Shown: in pieces, positions 50,325 through 63,909 of the stretch
Numbering within the stretch: position 1 is the stretch's first letter
Layout: each line of letters starts with the position of its first letter
Assembly: GCF_006345805.1 (NCBI RefSeq)
Contig: NC_042998.1
Span: 26,040,001 to 26,104,000 of the forward strand
Source of the DNA: Octopus sinensis
Lineage: Eukaryota
Length of the DNA: 64,000 nt
Direction: 5' to 3'
Program-made: the position numbers and the translations under genes
Notes under the pieces: model-generated
Seen by the model: only the letters and a program-made list of their open reading frames with translations
What the model was told of the DNA's origin: nothing
Databases searched by the model: none

Positions 50325-50640
50325 TGTAGTTGAGGGCTTGGCTGTAGGTGCAAGTGTGGCTTGCATAGGTACAGGCGTTGCTGTGTGAAGGAGAAGCTTG
50401 CTTTCCAATCACATGGTTTCAGTTTCCGTTCCATTGCAGGGAACCGGAAGCGTTTGGCAAATCTCTTCTACTGTAACCCGAGGTCAACCAAGGCTTCGTG
50501 AGTGGATTTCATAGAAGGAAACTGAAAGAAGCCTGTCATATATATATGTGTGTGTGCATCGGTATGTGTATTTGTGTGTGCATGTGTGTGCATGTGTGTG
50601 TGTGTGTGTGTGCATGCATGTGTTAGTGCTTCTTTGACTT
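50325..50640 (+). mobile_element. Degraded SINE family A
   Basis: gctgtgtgaaggagaagcttgc ... gtgagtggatttcatagaaggaaactgaaagaagcc. Confidence 0.65.
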
Positions 50641-50859
50641 GATATCTTATGATAGTTGATCAGAGTATTACTGTCATACAAATGATGTCTGTTTCCAATC
50701 TAGTTTGAAAACATGTAAGGCCAGGGAGAAATATGACCTTATTTGGAAAGAGTTGAAGGTTAGTAAGAGAAGAGCATCCAGCCATAGAAAAATCTGCCTT
50801 AGCAAATTCCATCTAACCTATGGTAAGATGGAAAAGTGCATGCTGAAATGACAATGATG

Positions 50860-50989
50860 ACAATGGCCATGACGATGATCTCAACAACAAAGACAACAAA
50901 AACGATGACGACGACAATGACGATGATGACAACAATGATGATAATGATGATGATGATGATGATGACGTTGATGATGGTGGTGATGGTGT

Positions 50990-51038
<49 letters not shown>

Positions 51039-51260
51039 CGTACTGATGATGATGATGATGATGATGATGATGGTACTGATGATGATGATGATGATGATGA
51101 TGGTACTGATGATGATGATGGTGGTGGTGGTGGTGGTGATAATCATAATGATGATGATGATGAAGACAACAATGATGATGGTACTGATGATGATGATGAT
51201 GATGATGATGGTAGTGGTGGTGTTGATGATGATAATAATGATGATGATGATAATAATGAC

Positions 51261-51294
<34 letters not shown>

Positions 51295-51319
51295 GTACTG
51301 ATGATGATGATGGTACTGA

Positions 51320-51353
<34 letters not shown>

Positions 51354-51455
51354 GGTGGTGGTGTTGATGACGATGATAATGATGACGATGATGATGATGA
51401 TGATGAGGAGGAGGAGGAGGAGGAGGAGGAATGATGATGATGATGAAGATGATGA
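50860..51455. repeat. (GAT)n/(GGT)n/(GAG)n microsatellite
   Basis: Direct inspection; explains the poly-M, poly-I and poly-H ORFs. Confidence 0.95.
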
Positions 51456-52159
51456 TTTCCAAATGAAAAGTGAATTTGACATTAATGTTAAGCCAATATT
51501 GGTTTCTTGCAAACTAGCTGTAAGAGGACAGAAATCTTTGATAAATCTAATGATCGTAATTTTTATTTGGTTCTACAGCTGTTAAATAATATGGATGGCA
51601 TTCTTGCAATGTTGTCTGACAGATAAAAATAAACAAGCGAAAATATATTTTATATCTAAAACAGAGGAAGAAACATTGAAATTTCTTATAATTGCAAATA
51701 AAAAAAAAAAAATGGAGACAAATTATTAGTGATAAAAGATAAAATAAGTGATATTTTTTTTCTCCTTTCCTCCTTCCTTACACCTCACTTTTTTCTTTTG
51801 CGTTTTTTTCCAATGATGGTTGAAAAAGCCGTCAAGTATTGACATTTCTGAATAAAAATAAATTCAAATAGAATTTATTATGATGTTGAAATTAAGGAAA
51901 TATGTTATTTGAATTTTGTCAAGTTACTCATTGAAATCTTTTAGATTAGAAATAAAATTTATAAATCATTTGAAAATCAAAAACACAAAATCGAATGAAA
52001 ACTAGAGTCGAAACAGTGAAGTTGCACATGCTGTAGTTCAGATAGTAAACTTAGATACATCATTCCTCTTGATATGTTGTGTTGCCACTCATTATTTAAA
52101 TATGGCTTTTTGATGCTTAAAAATATTTAAATTTGAGTATCTGTGCTTGAAAAACATTA

Positions 52160-52562
52160 CAATAACAAGAGCACTCAGAGAGTGCAAACCTCCACCAGGG
52201 CAACACCAACGTCCTCTCAATTTTAAAATGAGAATATCTGAAATAAACTCAACTGCTCTCACAAAAGAGAATACTAAAAATGAACCTGACTGCTCTCAAA
52301 ATTTAAGTAAAAAAACTGGAAAAATAATCCAAAATCCTTGTCCAGTACCGGATCAATCCCAAAATCTAATTAGTTCGTGCCAGTCAGGAGGCCTAACATC
52401 TCTGAAAGTTTCATTCGAATCCATCCAGCAGTTTTTAAGATATCTTGTCCATGGACAAAGAAACAAACACAACTGAATATAATACCTCTGCCTTCGCTAA
52501 GGACAAACAAACAAACAAACATGACTGAAACAATACCTCCACCTTTGCTAAGGCAGAGGTAA
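52160..52562 (+). mobile_element. Helentron/HINE-like non-autonomous element
   Basis: Subterminal motif aacctccacc near the 5' end; 3' hairpin cctccaccttt-gct-aaggcagagg present twice; no TSD seen. Confidence 0.45.
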
Positions 52563-52884
52563 ATAATAGAAACACTTCTTTCTGGGTGATTTTTTACCTT
52601 AGTTTATGGAACATAGTACATGTGCATGTGTGCATGTCTACATTATTTTAAGTGGTAAGGATTAAAAGATAGATGTGTTTATATATTTTTAACTCTGTTA
52701 CTGGGGAGCCAAAATCACATCAAAACCCCTTATCTGGTAATCTGTTGAGATCGTTCAGGGCTCAGTTGAATGAGTTTTTATACATAATGTCTCTGAGATA
52801 AAACTTTTTACATTCAGATATACATGAACATGTTAAAAAAAAATGAACACAACTTAATTGCTACCGTTGCTGCTGCATCTGTTT

Positions 52885-53250
52885 ATACTGTACTATACTG
52901 CGTACTAAACTAAACTGCACTATACTATTCTATACTATACTATACTATACTATACTATACTATATTATACTATACTATACTATACTATATTATACTATAC
53001 TATACTATACTATACAGCATGTGTTTATACTATACTGCATACTAAACTAAACTACACTATACTATTCTATACTATACTATACTATACTATACTATACTAT
53101 ACTATACTATACTATACTATACTATATTATACTATACTATACTGCATACTAAACTAAACTACACTATACTATTCTATACTATACTATACTATACTATACT
53201 ATGTTATACTATACTATACTATACTATACAGCATGTGTTTATACTATACT
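52885..53250. repeat. (TATAC)n pentanucleotide array with higher-order duplication
   Basis: Direct inspection. Confidence 0.93.
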
Positions 53251-53251
53251 A

Positions 53252-53817
53252 TTGGGTTGTCTGGAAAGTTCATGCCAATTTTTAAAGGAAAGAAAAAGGT
53301 CAATAAATACTTGCCATTACATTTTTAATCAACCAAATATGAAACATTTTGTTGCACAATGCGTCTTCATTTTTCCTTTAACTTGAAAATACCCTCTTCC
53401 CAGAACTGAGGTGGTTTCATGACAAAGAATTCATCAAGGTATCTTTTTACGTCATCCAAGGAATTGAAATTTTTACTATTAAGACTATTCTGCAGAGACC
53501 TGAATAAGTGGAAATCTGAAGGGGCAATATCTGGTGAATATGGAGGATGGGGTAACACATCCCAGCCGAGCTGCAGCAATTTTTGTCTGGTTCCCAAAGC
53601 ATCAAGTGCCAAAAATGAACTTTCTTATCTTCCATTTTAAAGGGTTACAGAATTAACACCGGTCATAGGAACATAAACCTTCTTCCACGAAAAGATAGCT
53701 TAAACTGTGTTCTAAATGGAGGTGTAGTCAAATCCTATTTTATGGACTCAACCATGTTCTAAAATAAGTCGAAAGGTAAGCTACTATAAATCGGCACGAA
53801 CTTTCCGGACAACCCAA
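53252..53817 (-). mobile_element. Internally deleted mariner (Tc1/mariner) transposon
   Basis: TIRs ttgggttgtctggaaagttcatgcc and ggcacgaactttccggacaacccaa, TA TSD; ORF 53367-53612 has LGWDVLPHPPYSPDIAPSDFHLF, the mariner YSPDLAP motif. Confidence 0.93.
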
Positions 53818-54312
53818 TATAATTGTATGTTTATAGCTGCAAGCATGGTTTTGTGTGTAAGAAGTTTGCTTCAAACGCATGTGGCTTCAGGTTCAGAAGG
53901 ACCACTGCAATAAGTGTGTGAATCTGAGGGGGGAATATTTTGAATAAAATCATAATTGACTGATTCTCCTGTATTTTCTTTTAATCAAAGTAACCAGGAA
54001 TTTTTCATCATCACTCCCTCATATACGTGTATGTGTGTGTGCGTGTGTGTGTGTGTGTGTGTATTTATATGTATTTGTGTGTGTGTATGTATGTATGTCG
54101 TACTACATATTTTGCCTGGCAGAGTTGTTACAGCATCATATAATACCTTGTAGTATTCCAGCTCCTTTTCCATTGTCTGATTTCGAATCCTACCAGGGCT
54201 AACTTTGTTTTCCATGCTCCTGATGTCAATAAGTTGAGTACAAATCAAGCAGTAAGATTAATTCTACTCCTCACTCTCTTTCTATGTCTCTCTCCATCTC
54301 CCTCTCTCTCTT

Positions 54313-54540
54313 ATTTCTTTATTGCCCACAAGGGGCTAAACATAGAGGGGACAAACAAAGACAGACATAGGTATTAAGTCGATTACATCGACCCCAGTGC
54401 AAAAGTGGTACTTATTTTATCGACCCCGAAAGGATGAAAGGCAAAGTCGACCTCGGTGGAATTTGAACTCAGAATGTAGCGGCAGAGGAAATACCACTCA
54501 GCATTTCGCCTGGCGTGCTAATGTTTCTGCCAGCTCACCA
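54313..54540 (-). mobile_element. SINE family B
   Basis: Matches the other family B copies. Confidence 0.88.
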
Positions 54541-54839
54541 CCCATCTCCCTCTCTCTTGCCTTCTTTCCTCCCTCCTCACCCTCTCCCTTTCTCTCTGAT
54601 TCAGCTTTTCTCTCAGGAAGAAATTGGCTGTGTTCAGGCTGAGATTGATGAGCTCTTCAGGTGTTGAAATTCTCAAGACATGCCATATATTCCAGAAGTA
54701 CCTCTACAACCCATCAGGAGCTGAGAGCAACAACACTGCTACAGGTGGTGCCATAGCATTCAACATGATTTATATATTTTTCTAACTAGAAATTATTTAT
54801 AAGAAAAAAATCAAAATTTAAAATGTATTTTTATTTGTT

Positions 54840-55237
54840 ACTAGCAGTATCGCCCGACGTTGCTCGGGTTTGTAAGGGAAATAACTATATAAGCATTTTT
54901 AGAGATGTAAAGTATAATAGCCATCTCAATATGGCAAACCACAAAGGGGTGGTGTTACTGTAGCTTTTTACGTTCTGAGATTTAATAATAAATTTTTAGA
55001 GAGTTACTTCTCTTATATATGCCAAAAATGCATTAAAAATGGGAAAAATTGATGGTAAATTTTTTTTAAATCGTAGACTCATCATAGACGCGCGCTAATA
55101 CCCAGAAGGGCTCGATATGAATCACGACTATAAGATACCCGGTTTTGGTTAAACTGCACCGCAAAATGTGGGAGTAGTTAGGAATCTAAATCGTAGGAGA
55201 CAGACAGCACACAACCTCACTTTTATATATAAAGATA
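54840..55237 (+). mobile_element. Non-autonomous Helitron-like element (different subfamily)
   Basis: 5' actagcagtatcgcccgacgttgctcggg; 3' gacagacagcacacaacctcacttttatatataaagat. Confidence 0.6.
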
Positions 55238-55534
55238 TGTGAATGATATTTCCTTTGTATTAAAATCATAATTGTTTTAACAATATTTTCATAACAGGTG
55301 GATGTAACAGCAAAGTGAATCAAGTTTAAAAATGAAAATGAGAAAAGAGAGAAGACATAACTGCAGTGAATGTGAACCAGAGGTTTTGAGCATGATGGTA
55401 TTCAAAGGGGACAATAAAAACAAGAATTTTATTGAAATATATTAAAACTGGAATTTTAAAGGCTTTACTAACATTTTAGATTGATCCATAAATTTGTTTA
55501 GAGTTTGGTTTGCAAATGTTGATATACTTACCTT

Positions 55535-55930
55535 ACAGCTGAGACATGGCGAACAACAGTTAAGTCAAATAAGCAAATACAATCATTCATCAACAGATGC
55601 TTGTGTAGTATACTTAAAATTAGATGGCCTGAACACATAAGCAATATGGAGCTATGGCAAAGAACAAATGAAGTTTCGATTAGGGAGCATATATTTAAGA
55701 AAAAGTGGAAATGGATTGGTAGCACAATTAGAAAAGACACACCGAATGTAGCGAAAAGTGCTTTACAGTGGAATCCAGATGGATATAGAAAGAGAGGTAG
55801 GCCTAAGAACTCGTGGTGTAGATCAACACAAAAGGAACTAGAGAAAGGGGGACATTCATGGCAGAGTATAAGTACAGAAGCGAAAAATTATGCGACATGG
55901 AATTCAGTTATAAGTGGCCTATACTGAGTG
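55535..55930 (+). mobile_element. RTE-clade LINE ORF2 3' fragment
   Basis: ILKIRWPEHISNMELW...WKWIGSTIRK...ALQWNPDGYRKRGRPKNSW, a typical RTE C-terminus. Confidence 0.85.
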
Positions 55931-55971
55931 ATGGAGGATTAAAGGGAGAAAAAAAAAACAGCTGTTATACA

Positions 55972-58205
55972 TCATCATCATCATCATCATCATTTAGCGT
56001 CCGTTTCCCATGCTAGCATGGGTTGGACGGTTCAACTGGGGTCTGGGGAGCCCGAAGGCTGCACCAGGCCAGTCAGATCTGGCAGTGTTTCCACAGCTGG
56101 ATGCCCTTCCTAACGCCAACCACTCCGAGAGTGTAGTGGGTGATTTTATGTGCCACCGACACAGGTGCCAGACGAGGCTGGCGAACGGCCACGCTCGGAT
56201 GGTGTTTTTATGTGCCACCGACACAGGTGCCAGACGGGGCTGGCAGACGGCCACGCTCGGATGGTGTTTTTATGTGCCACCGACACAGGTGCCAGATGAG
56301 GCTGGCAGGTGCCAGACGAGGCTGGCAGACGGCCACGCTCGGATGGTGTTTTTATGTGCCACCGACACAGGTGCCAGATGAGGCTGGCGGACGGCCACGA
56401 TCGGATGGTGTTTGTTACGTCCCCAAAGCACGGAGGCCAGTCTATGCGGTACTGGCTACGGCACGTTCGGATGATTTTCTTGTGTGCCACCGGCACTGGT
56501 ACCACAAAGATACAAATTCCATTTATGTTCATCTATTTTGATTTGTTTTGATTTGATTTGATTTTCACTTGCCTCAACAGGTCTTCACAAGTGTCACTTG
56601 CCTCAACAGGTCTTCACAAGTGTTACAAGAAGGAAGGTATGCACAGGTGGACTGTCTACGTCGCCGGGTCTTCGGATGGTGTCTTTATGTGCCACCGACA
56701 CAGGTGCCAGATGTGGCTGGCGAACGGCCACGATCGGATGGTTTTCTTGTGTGCCGCCGGTGCTGGAACCACAAAGATACAAATTCCATTGATGTTCATC
56801 TATTTTGATTTGGTTTGATTTTCACTTGCCTCAACAGGTCTTCACAAGTGTCACGCGTGTCACACACTTGCCTCAACAGGTCTCCACAAGTGTCACACAC
56901 TTGCCTCTGCCTCAACAGGTCTTCACAAGTGTCACACACTTGCCTCTGCCTCAACAGGTCTTCACAAGTGTCATAAGAGGGAAGGTATGCACAGGTGGAC
57001 TGACTACGTCGCCGGGTCTTCGGATGGTTGTCTTTATGTGCCACCGACACAGGTGCCAGGTGAGGCTGGCGAACGGCCACGATCAGATGGTGTTTGTTGT
57101 GCCCACAGCACGGAGGCCAGTCGATGCGGTACCAGCTACGGCCACTTCGGATGGTTTTCTTGTGTGCCACCGGTACTGGAACCACAAAGATACAAATTCC
57201 ATTGATATTCATCTATTTTGATTTGGTTTGATTTTCACTTGCCTCAACAGGTCTTCACAAGTGTCACACACTTGCCTCAACAGGTCTTCACAAGTGTCAT
57301 AAGAGGGAAGGTATGCACAGGTGGACTGACTACGTCGCCGGGTCTTCGGATGGTTGTCTTTATGTGCCACCGGCACAGGTGCCAGATGAGGCTGGCGAAC
57401 GGCCACGATCGGATGGTGTTTGTTGTGCCACAGCACGGAGGCCAGTCGATGCGGTACTGGTTACGGCCACGTTTGGGTGGTTTTCTTGTGTGCCACCGGC
57501 ACTGGTACCACAAAGAATACAATTCCACTGATGTTCATCTATTTTGATTTGTTTTGATTTGATTTGATTTTCACTTGTCTCAACAGGTCTTCATAAGTGT
57601 CACGAGAAGGAAGGTATGCACAGGACTGACTACGTCCCAGGTCGGGGCCTCGGGTTATGGCCTGACTAGTCTTGCCGGGTCTTCTCATGCACAGCATACT
57701 TCCATAGGTCTCGGTCTCTAGACATTTCCTTAGTGAGACCTAAAGTTCGAAGGTCGTGCTTCACCACCTCGTCCAGGTTTTCCTGGGTCTACCTCTTCCA
57801 CAGGTTCCCTCCACTGCTAGGGTGTAGCACTTTTGCACACAACTATCTTCAGCCTTTCTTGTCACATGACCATACCAGCGCAGCCGTCTCTCTTGCACGC
57901 CACAACTGACGCTTCTTAGGTTCAGCTTTTCTCTCAAGGAACTTACACTCTGACGATTATGAACACTGACATTACACATCCATCGGAGCATACTGGCTTC
58001 ATTTCTTGCGAGCTTACGCATATCCTCAGCAGTCACGGCCCATGTTTCACTACCATGTAGCATGGCTGTACGTACACATGCATCATACAGTCTGCCTTTT
58101 ACTCTGAGCGAGAGGCCTTTTGTCACCAGCAGGGGTAAGAGCTCTCTAAACTTTGCCCAGGCTATTCTTACTCTAGCAGTTACACTTTCAGCACACCCAC
58201 CCCCA
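55972..58205 (-). mobile_element. 5'-truncated RTE LINE: ORF2 C-terminus plus a 1.8-kb tandem-repeat-rich 3'-UTR and (GAT)n tail
   Basis: ORF 57761-58267 includes ARVRIAWAKFRELLPLL...LHGSETW...RRLRWYGHV...GRGRPRKTW; the UTR runs to the (CAT)n tract at 55972. Confidence 0.92.
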
Positions 58206-58949
58206 AAATTTAAAATCGCAACTAGTTTTGGATCTGCTTGACTTAAAAATTCACTGCAATCCAGCATTTTTGACTATTTTTCTGCTAACCTTTTTCTGTC
58301 ACTTTTCTATCACTCAAATTTATTCATCTCTTAAAAGCATACTAAATACACCCTATCTACATTTGAAACTATCCAGTGTGTACAGAACTAGGTTTTTACT
58401 ACAAGGCCTACTATTAAAACAACATGCTTACCACATAAATGATCTTGGAGAAGCTTCAATGGACTTCCACATCTTCCCTTTTGTGATTCATTGATTAATT
58501 CTCAGATTAGTACAAGACAAAAAATTTATTGAAATTGAGTATATATTAGATTTGACTAACATTTGTATATTACCGATAATTATCAGCACCTTACTGTTTT
58601 AAAAAGTGAATATTCTGGATAACCAAGCATTGGATAAATTATGCCGAAAATAAAAAGAAGCCAAGATAGCCACAGCTGGAATTCTGGTCAAATGATGAAA
58701 CTGTGATGCACAGAAATCCTACAGTTCAGTGCCATGCATAAAAAAGAATCCGAAAATGACAATTCTGCACTGAAGAAATCTTTAAAATAATAGGTTATTT
58801 TCAGTAAAATTTTTATACAGATAGAAACAGTCAGCACCATTTACCAAATCCTCACATAAAGAAACTGTAAACTGAGAAACATTACAATATCAGCATAAAA
58901 GAAAAAGAGTGGGAATTCTACCATTATCTTTCTCCTCAAAGCTACATCA

Positions 58950-59800
58950 ACACAGAATACAAACAATACTAAAAAATTCCAGCACTTCTCATACAAATGT
59001 TAATCATGTAAACATAATTCAGAAAAAATGTTAACATTCTGTAATATAACACTAACGTATTAAAAAACACCTTTATAGAACTAAAAGAAAAAATTATTAT
59101 CACACACCACATTCATACTACAATAATGCAGGAAATTACGTTTCAACCCCAACATAGAACATCGCAAATCCAAAAATAAAATTCTGATAATGCAGAATTT
59201 GCCAAACTATGATGGAAGCCTCATAGCATATACTTATGCATCCAGTACCTAGATACCACAAACAACAATACACTAGAAATGCAAGCATTCAGAATAAAAA
59301 CCAACAATACAAAATACTTTGCTGTTAATAAACGTATACATGCCCACCACCTCCAACTTGTTGCTCACACTGCCAGGATAGCAGCTAAAGCTTCTTCGAA
59401 TGATACCCTACTGTTTAAAAATATGTAACACATGGTACACTCTACCCAGACAAAAAAGAACAAGTATTAATTAGTGACAGAGGCAGTACTAATCCCAGGA
59501 GGTATCATAGTACCTATCACAGTATGGCTTGTTCTAACAGAACATCCACATTTAAGTGGGGATAGAAAAAAGAACATCTGTTCAATCAAGGCAGAATTAG
59601 TGTAAAGAAACAGCAGTCAGTTCACCAGGCTATACACCACAGCTAGCATACTTTAACACATTCCAAAATACCATAATTGAAAGAAACTACAATGAATGCA
59701 TATCTTTTATTATTTTTTTCTATGTGCCTTACGTGCCACAGCAACTACATTCTTTTACTGTGATAGAATGTAAGTAGTTGTCTTAGAAGAAAGAGATACT
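58950..59800 (+). mobile_element. Highly degraded LINE endonuclease-region relic (clade uncertain)
   Basis: Fragmentary translations (IMQEITF, EMQAFRI...N, HLSGD) spaced like APE endonuclease motifs; many stops. Confidence 0.3.
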
Positions 59801-59879
59801 ACGAACAGTCTCCTCATTCTCTTATAATACAGCACAGTTAAATCTGAGGGAGGTGGTGAAGCAAAGCTCATTATTTGAC

Positions 59880-60292
59880 TACTCTTTTACCCTTTTACTT
59901 GTTTCAGTCATGTGACTGTGGCCATGCAGGGGCACCGCTTTTAGACAAGCAAATCGACCCCAGGACTTATTCTTTGTAAGCATAGTACTTATTCTATCGG
60001 TCTTTTTTGCTGAACCGCTAAGTTACGGGGATGTAAACACACCAGCATCGGTTGTCAAGTGATGTTGGGGGGACAAACACAGACACACAAGCATATATAC
60101 ACACAGACATATATATATATATATACATATATACGACGGGCTTCTTTCAGTTTCCGTCTGCCAAATCCACTCACAAGGATTTGGTTGGCCTGAGGCTATA
60201 GTAGAAGATACTTGCCCAAGGTGTCACACAGTGGGACTGAACCCAGAACCATGTAGTTCGTAAACAAGCTACTTACCACACAGTCACTCCTA
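59880..60292 (-). mobile_element. Full-length SINE family A
   Basis: Matches the 16533-16963 copy. Confidence 0.9.
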
Positions 60293-60570
60293 CGACTATT
60301 AGTAGCTTTATTTTCTAAACTCTGGTAGAATGAAAAATAAAGTGGGATTTGAATGCTGAATAAAAAATACTGAAACAACTGCTACAAATGATTCCACCAC
60401 TTGACCACTTCAGCCCTTTAGCATTCAGATTATTCTAGCAAATGTAAGGCTCATTTATTCATGTTGTTTTGAATTAATCATAAGTCTGAGATTTCAATGG
60501 TATGATTGTTTGCCTTTAAAATGACATTGTAGAGTAGGCATGAAAGGACAACTTTGGCCAGTTTGAACAT

Positions 60571-60604
<34 letters not shown>

Positions 60605-61059
60605 CATACACATATAATCACACTTTCGACATTGGTCTGCATGAGGCTGTAGTAAAAAACACTTGTCTAGGATGTCACATGGAGACACAGAACCTAAAGC
60701 TACATGGTTGCAACATGAACTTCTTAGTGATACCACCATGGTCACATTTAAAGTCATACATTTAATATATCACTATATCACAGTACTGGCCAGACTTCAG
60801 ACATTATTATACATTCCTAGTGACCACATGCTTCCAGTTCTGTCTCGACTGTACCATTCTTTTTCCTGTTGGCCAAAATAGCTTAACCAGATCGTGAGAT
60901 TGTCCTCCCATCAGTGTGGAGGCCTTCCAAGCAGCCTTTTCTGATCTCTTGAATTCCACTCAGAAATTTTATGAGTCCATATATCATTTGTGAACCTTGT
61001 GACATATTCAGCCCATTGGAACTTAAGCTTTCAGTATTCTGCAAAACATTTAAAAATAT

Positions 61060-61400
61060 ATTTCGTTTTGGGATTTGGTTTGCAAGATTCTTTATGTGAG
61101 TTCGTGTGTTGAAGCATATTCTGTTGTGTCTGGGAAGAGTCATTTTCTTTTTATGCCTTATAATTTAACACACTCACCGGTAAAATTTCCACTAATTTCT
61201 GTTTTATATTCCTAAAATTTTCGTTGCATCTTGCAACCTTTTGAAAAGGTTTCGTTGCATCTTGCAACGTTTGAAAAGGTTGCAAGACACAACGAAAATT
61301 TTAGGAAAATAAAAATAAGAAATAAGTGGAAATTTTACAGGTGAGTGTGTTATATTATAAGGCACAAAAAGAAAATGATTCTCCCCAGACACAACAGAAT
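61060..61400 (-). mobile_element. Fold-back element, near-complete 280-bp palindrome at 61118-61400
   Basis: Homolog of 47933-48215; arms of about 125 bp. Confidence 0.8.
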
Positions 61401-62549
61401 TTTAAAATATAATTCGATTAATTAATATAAATAAACAAAACTGCTATTTCTAAATAATTCTACAGCCAACAATTCCCTGTTCTGTTTATTTCAAACCTGG
61501 TTTCAAGAAACTTATGACAGCAAGTATCACCATCTGTTAAAGCTTTCAAGATGTCTTTAACTGATAATGTTAGGTTTGATAATACTTGTAACTATAGACG
61601 TGTTGGGTGATATTTTCTTTTTCATTTCTTAAGCTTCAGTTATTCAACATTTTTATTTAAGAAACACAATCATGGAAGTGAACTTTCAGTTATTTCTTTG
61701 GCATATTTTTAGTATTTCTATCAAAAATGAGAAAAATGTTGATTTTAGTGATAATGCAAAAGAATTCTTTTTTACAGAAACAAAAACATCTAAAATTGAT
61801 ACCAATTCAGGAAATTACAAGAAACTCAGTTTTGCCAAAAAATTTACCAAATCCTTCGAAATATTTGTAAATACCATCAATGTAGGAATGGTATGGAAAA
61901 AGGTGTTCCATCATCATCATCACCATCATTGTTGTTTTATGCCTGCTTTCCATGATGGCATGGGTTGGATGGTTTGACTGAGGGCTGGCGAGCCAGAAGG
62001 CGACACCAGGCTCCAATCTGATCTGGCAAAGTTTCTACAGCTGGATGCCCTTCCTAATGCCAACCACTAGAATATAAAAACAATAATTTCCAAGAAATAT
62101 AATTTTGTTTTCTTATCTTTCTATGCAAACGTTAATATCCAAATTTATCCAAGATATTCCATGCTATTAACCATTATAGCCCCAGACACTTTATTTGAAC
62201 TTAATTAGGGCTGAGTTCACCAGGATAAAATTTGGGTGAAATTTATCAGAAGGGTACAGTGTCGGAAAGATTTTGTTGTTTTGCCCTAAATTTGCCCTGC
62301 CTAAACAGACATAATGTCATAGACATTCCATGTGTGACCATCCCATCTTTTCTTGGAAAACATAGTGCCAAGATCACATTATTTAATCGTCCCTTCTTTC
62401 CTAAGATGGTAGAGTGTCATTTGAGGGACACTTGATTATTATTTCTAGCAGACTAAATGACCATATATCAACTTACATGCTGGTTCGTATTTGAGAGGTT
62501 CTCTTTCTCCCTCTGTTTTTCTTTTTCTCTCTATCTCTTGCCTTCTGTG

Positions 62550-62586
62550 TGTACGTGTGTGTGTGTGTGCATGTGTGTGTGTGCAT

Positions 62587-62650
<64 letters not shown>

Positions 62651-62655
62651 ATGTA
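62550..62655. repeat. (GT)n microsatellite
   Basis: Direct inspection. Confidence 0.95.
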
Positions 62656-63199
62656 TGTAAGTGAATCTTGCATGAAGAATGGCTTCTCAAAATGTGTAGT
62701 GATTTACTTAGCAAAAAACTAATTGGAGAGGAAGGAAAACTTATACAGTTGCCATAAAGAAATTATAAAAAAATGAAAAATACTGCCTACAACACCTGGA
62801 GGAAATCATTTCAGTGTCACTGCTGGAAGATATCTTTTCTGCAAAATAAACACATGTAACACCCTCATCTAGCATGCACAAAGTATTTTTTAAATCAGTA
62901 CACTGCCAGCTAGCTCGATTTTTTTTTTTTTTTCGTTCTTCAAAACTGATATTCTTCATTCTGGCAGCTGATTAAAATTTCCTAAATCTCTTCTTTTTTT
63001 TTCTTGTTTTCTTTTCATTTTTTTCTTTATTTTTCTTCTATTTTTGCAATGACTAAATCAGAGGTGGGAGGTCAACAGGCTATATGACTTTTACTCAGAC
63101 TCTGAAACTGAAAGATACTCTTGGATGCTACTACAATAAAGAGCAGCAAATCTTAATATTGAGCCATACTCAGATCAGGGATTGGAAAAAGCCCATCAT

Positions 63200-63425
63200 G
63201 TGTGTGTGTGTGTGTATTTGTGTCTGTATTTGTCCCCCTTCACTGCTTGGCAACCTGTGTTGGTATGTTTATGTCCTTGTAACATAGTAGTTTAGCAAAA
63301 GAGATCAATTGAATAAGAACCAGGCTTTAAAGAAAAGAAAGTGCTGGGATCAATTCATTCAACAAAAAATTCTTCAAGGTGGTGCCCCAGCATGGCCACA
63401 GTATAATGACTGAAACAAGTAAATG
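63200..63425 (+). mobile_element. SINE family A 3' portion
   Basis: gtgtctgtatttgtcccc ... ccagcatggccacag..atgactgaaacaagt. Confidence 0.75.
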
Positions 63426-63909
63426 GTAAAAATCTAAAATGTCTATTTTAAATATACAATCTCTGATAATCCTGACTTCCAAAAAAGGGTCCATATTTTT
63501 TTCCCTGTCACCAATTTTCTCCAACAAGCAAGCATACCCATCCTTCCAATTCATATAACCTCCTTTGCCAATAATATTCCAATTACCTTTCCTTACAACT
63601 CTTTGACATTGATTCCAAATTTTCTCGTGCAATTTAGAACACTAGTTTCATTAAAAGAAGATTAACAGTGACATCAAACAACATTTCTCACCACCTTTAA
63701 CTCCTAAAACATTAGAGAGAGTACCACATTACATGCTACATGCAACGAAACATGGGTCCATGCATAGAAAAGGTCCAGCTTTCAGGAATTAATTACAACT
63801 CTTCAATTACCACCTCTTAAAAACATAGGGACTATAAAAATCAGGGGAAAATAAGAATCACTGCTACAAGCTTTGTCCAAAATAGAGGAACCAGTTGACT
63901 AGTATTGTA

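Noticed and set aside
50799-51585. Poly-Met, poly-Ile and poly-His ORFs of 190-250 aa
   Set aside because: (GAT)n microsatellite.
54617-54725. EEIGCVQAEIDELF...DMPYI resembling cytochrome P450 J/K helices
   Set aside because: In-frame stop and wrong spacing; another frame (KLAVFRL...IFQKYL) fits the RTE C-terminal relic pattern better.
55990-57650. CRISPR-like regularly spaced repeats
   Set aside because: The spacers are themselves repeats, there are no cas genes, and the array is the 3'-UTR of a eukaryotic RTE LINE.
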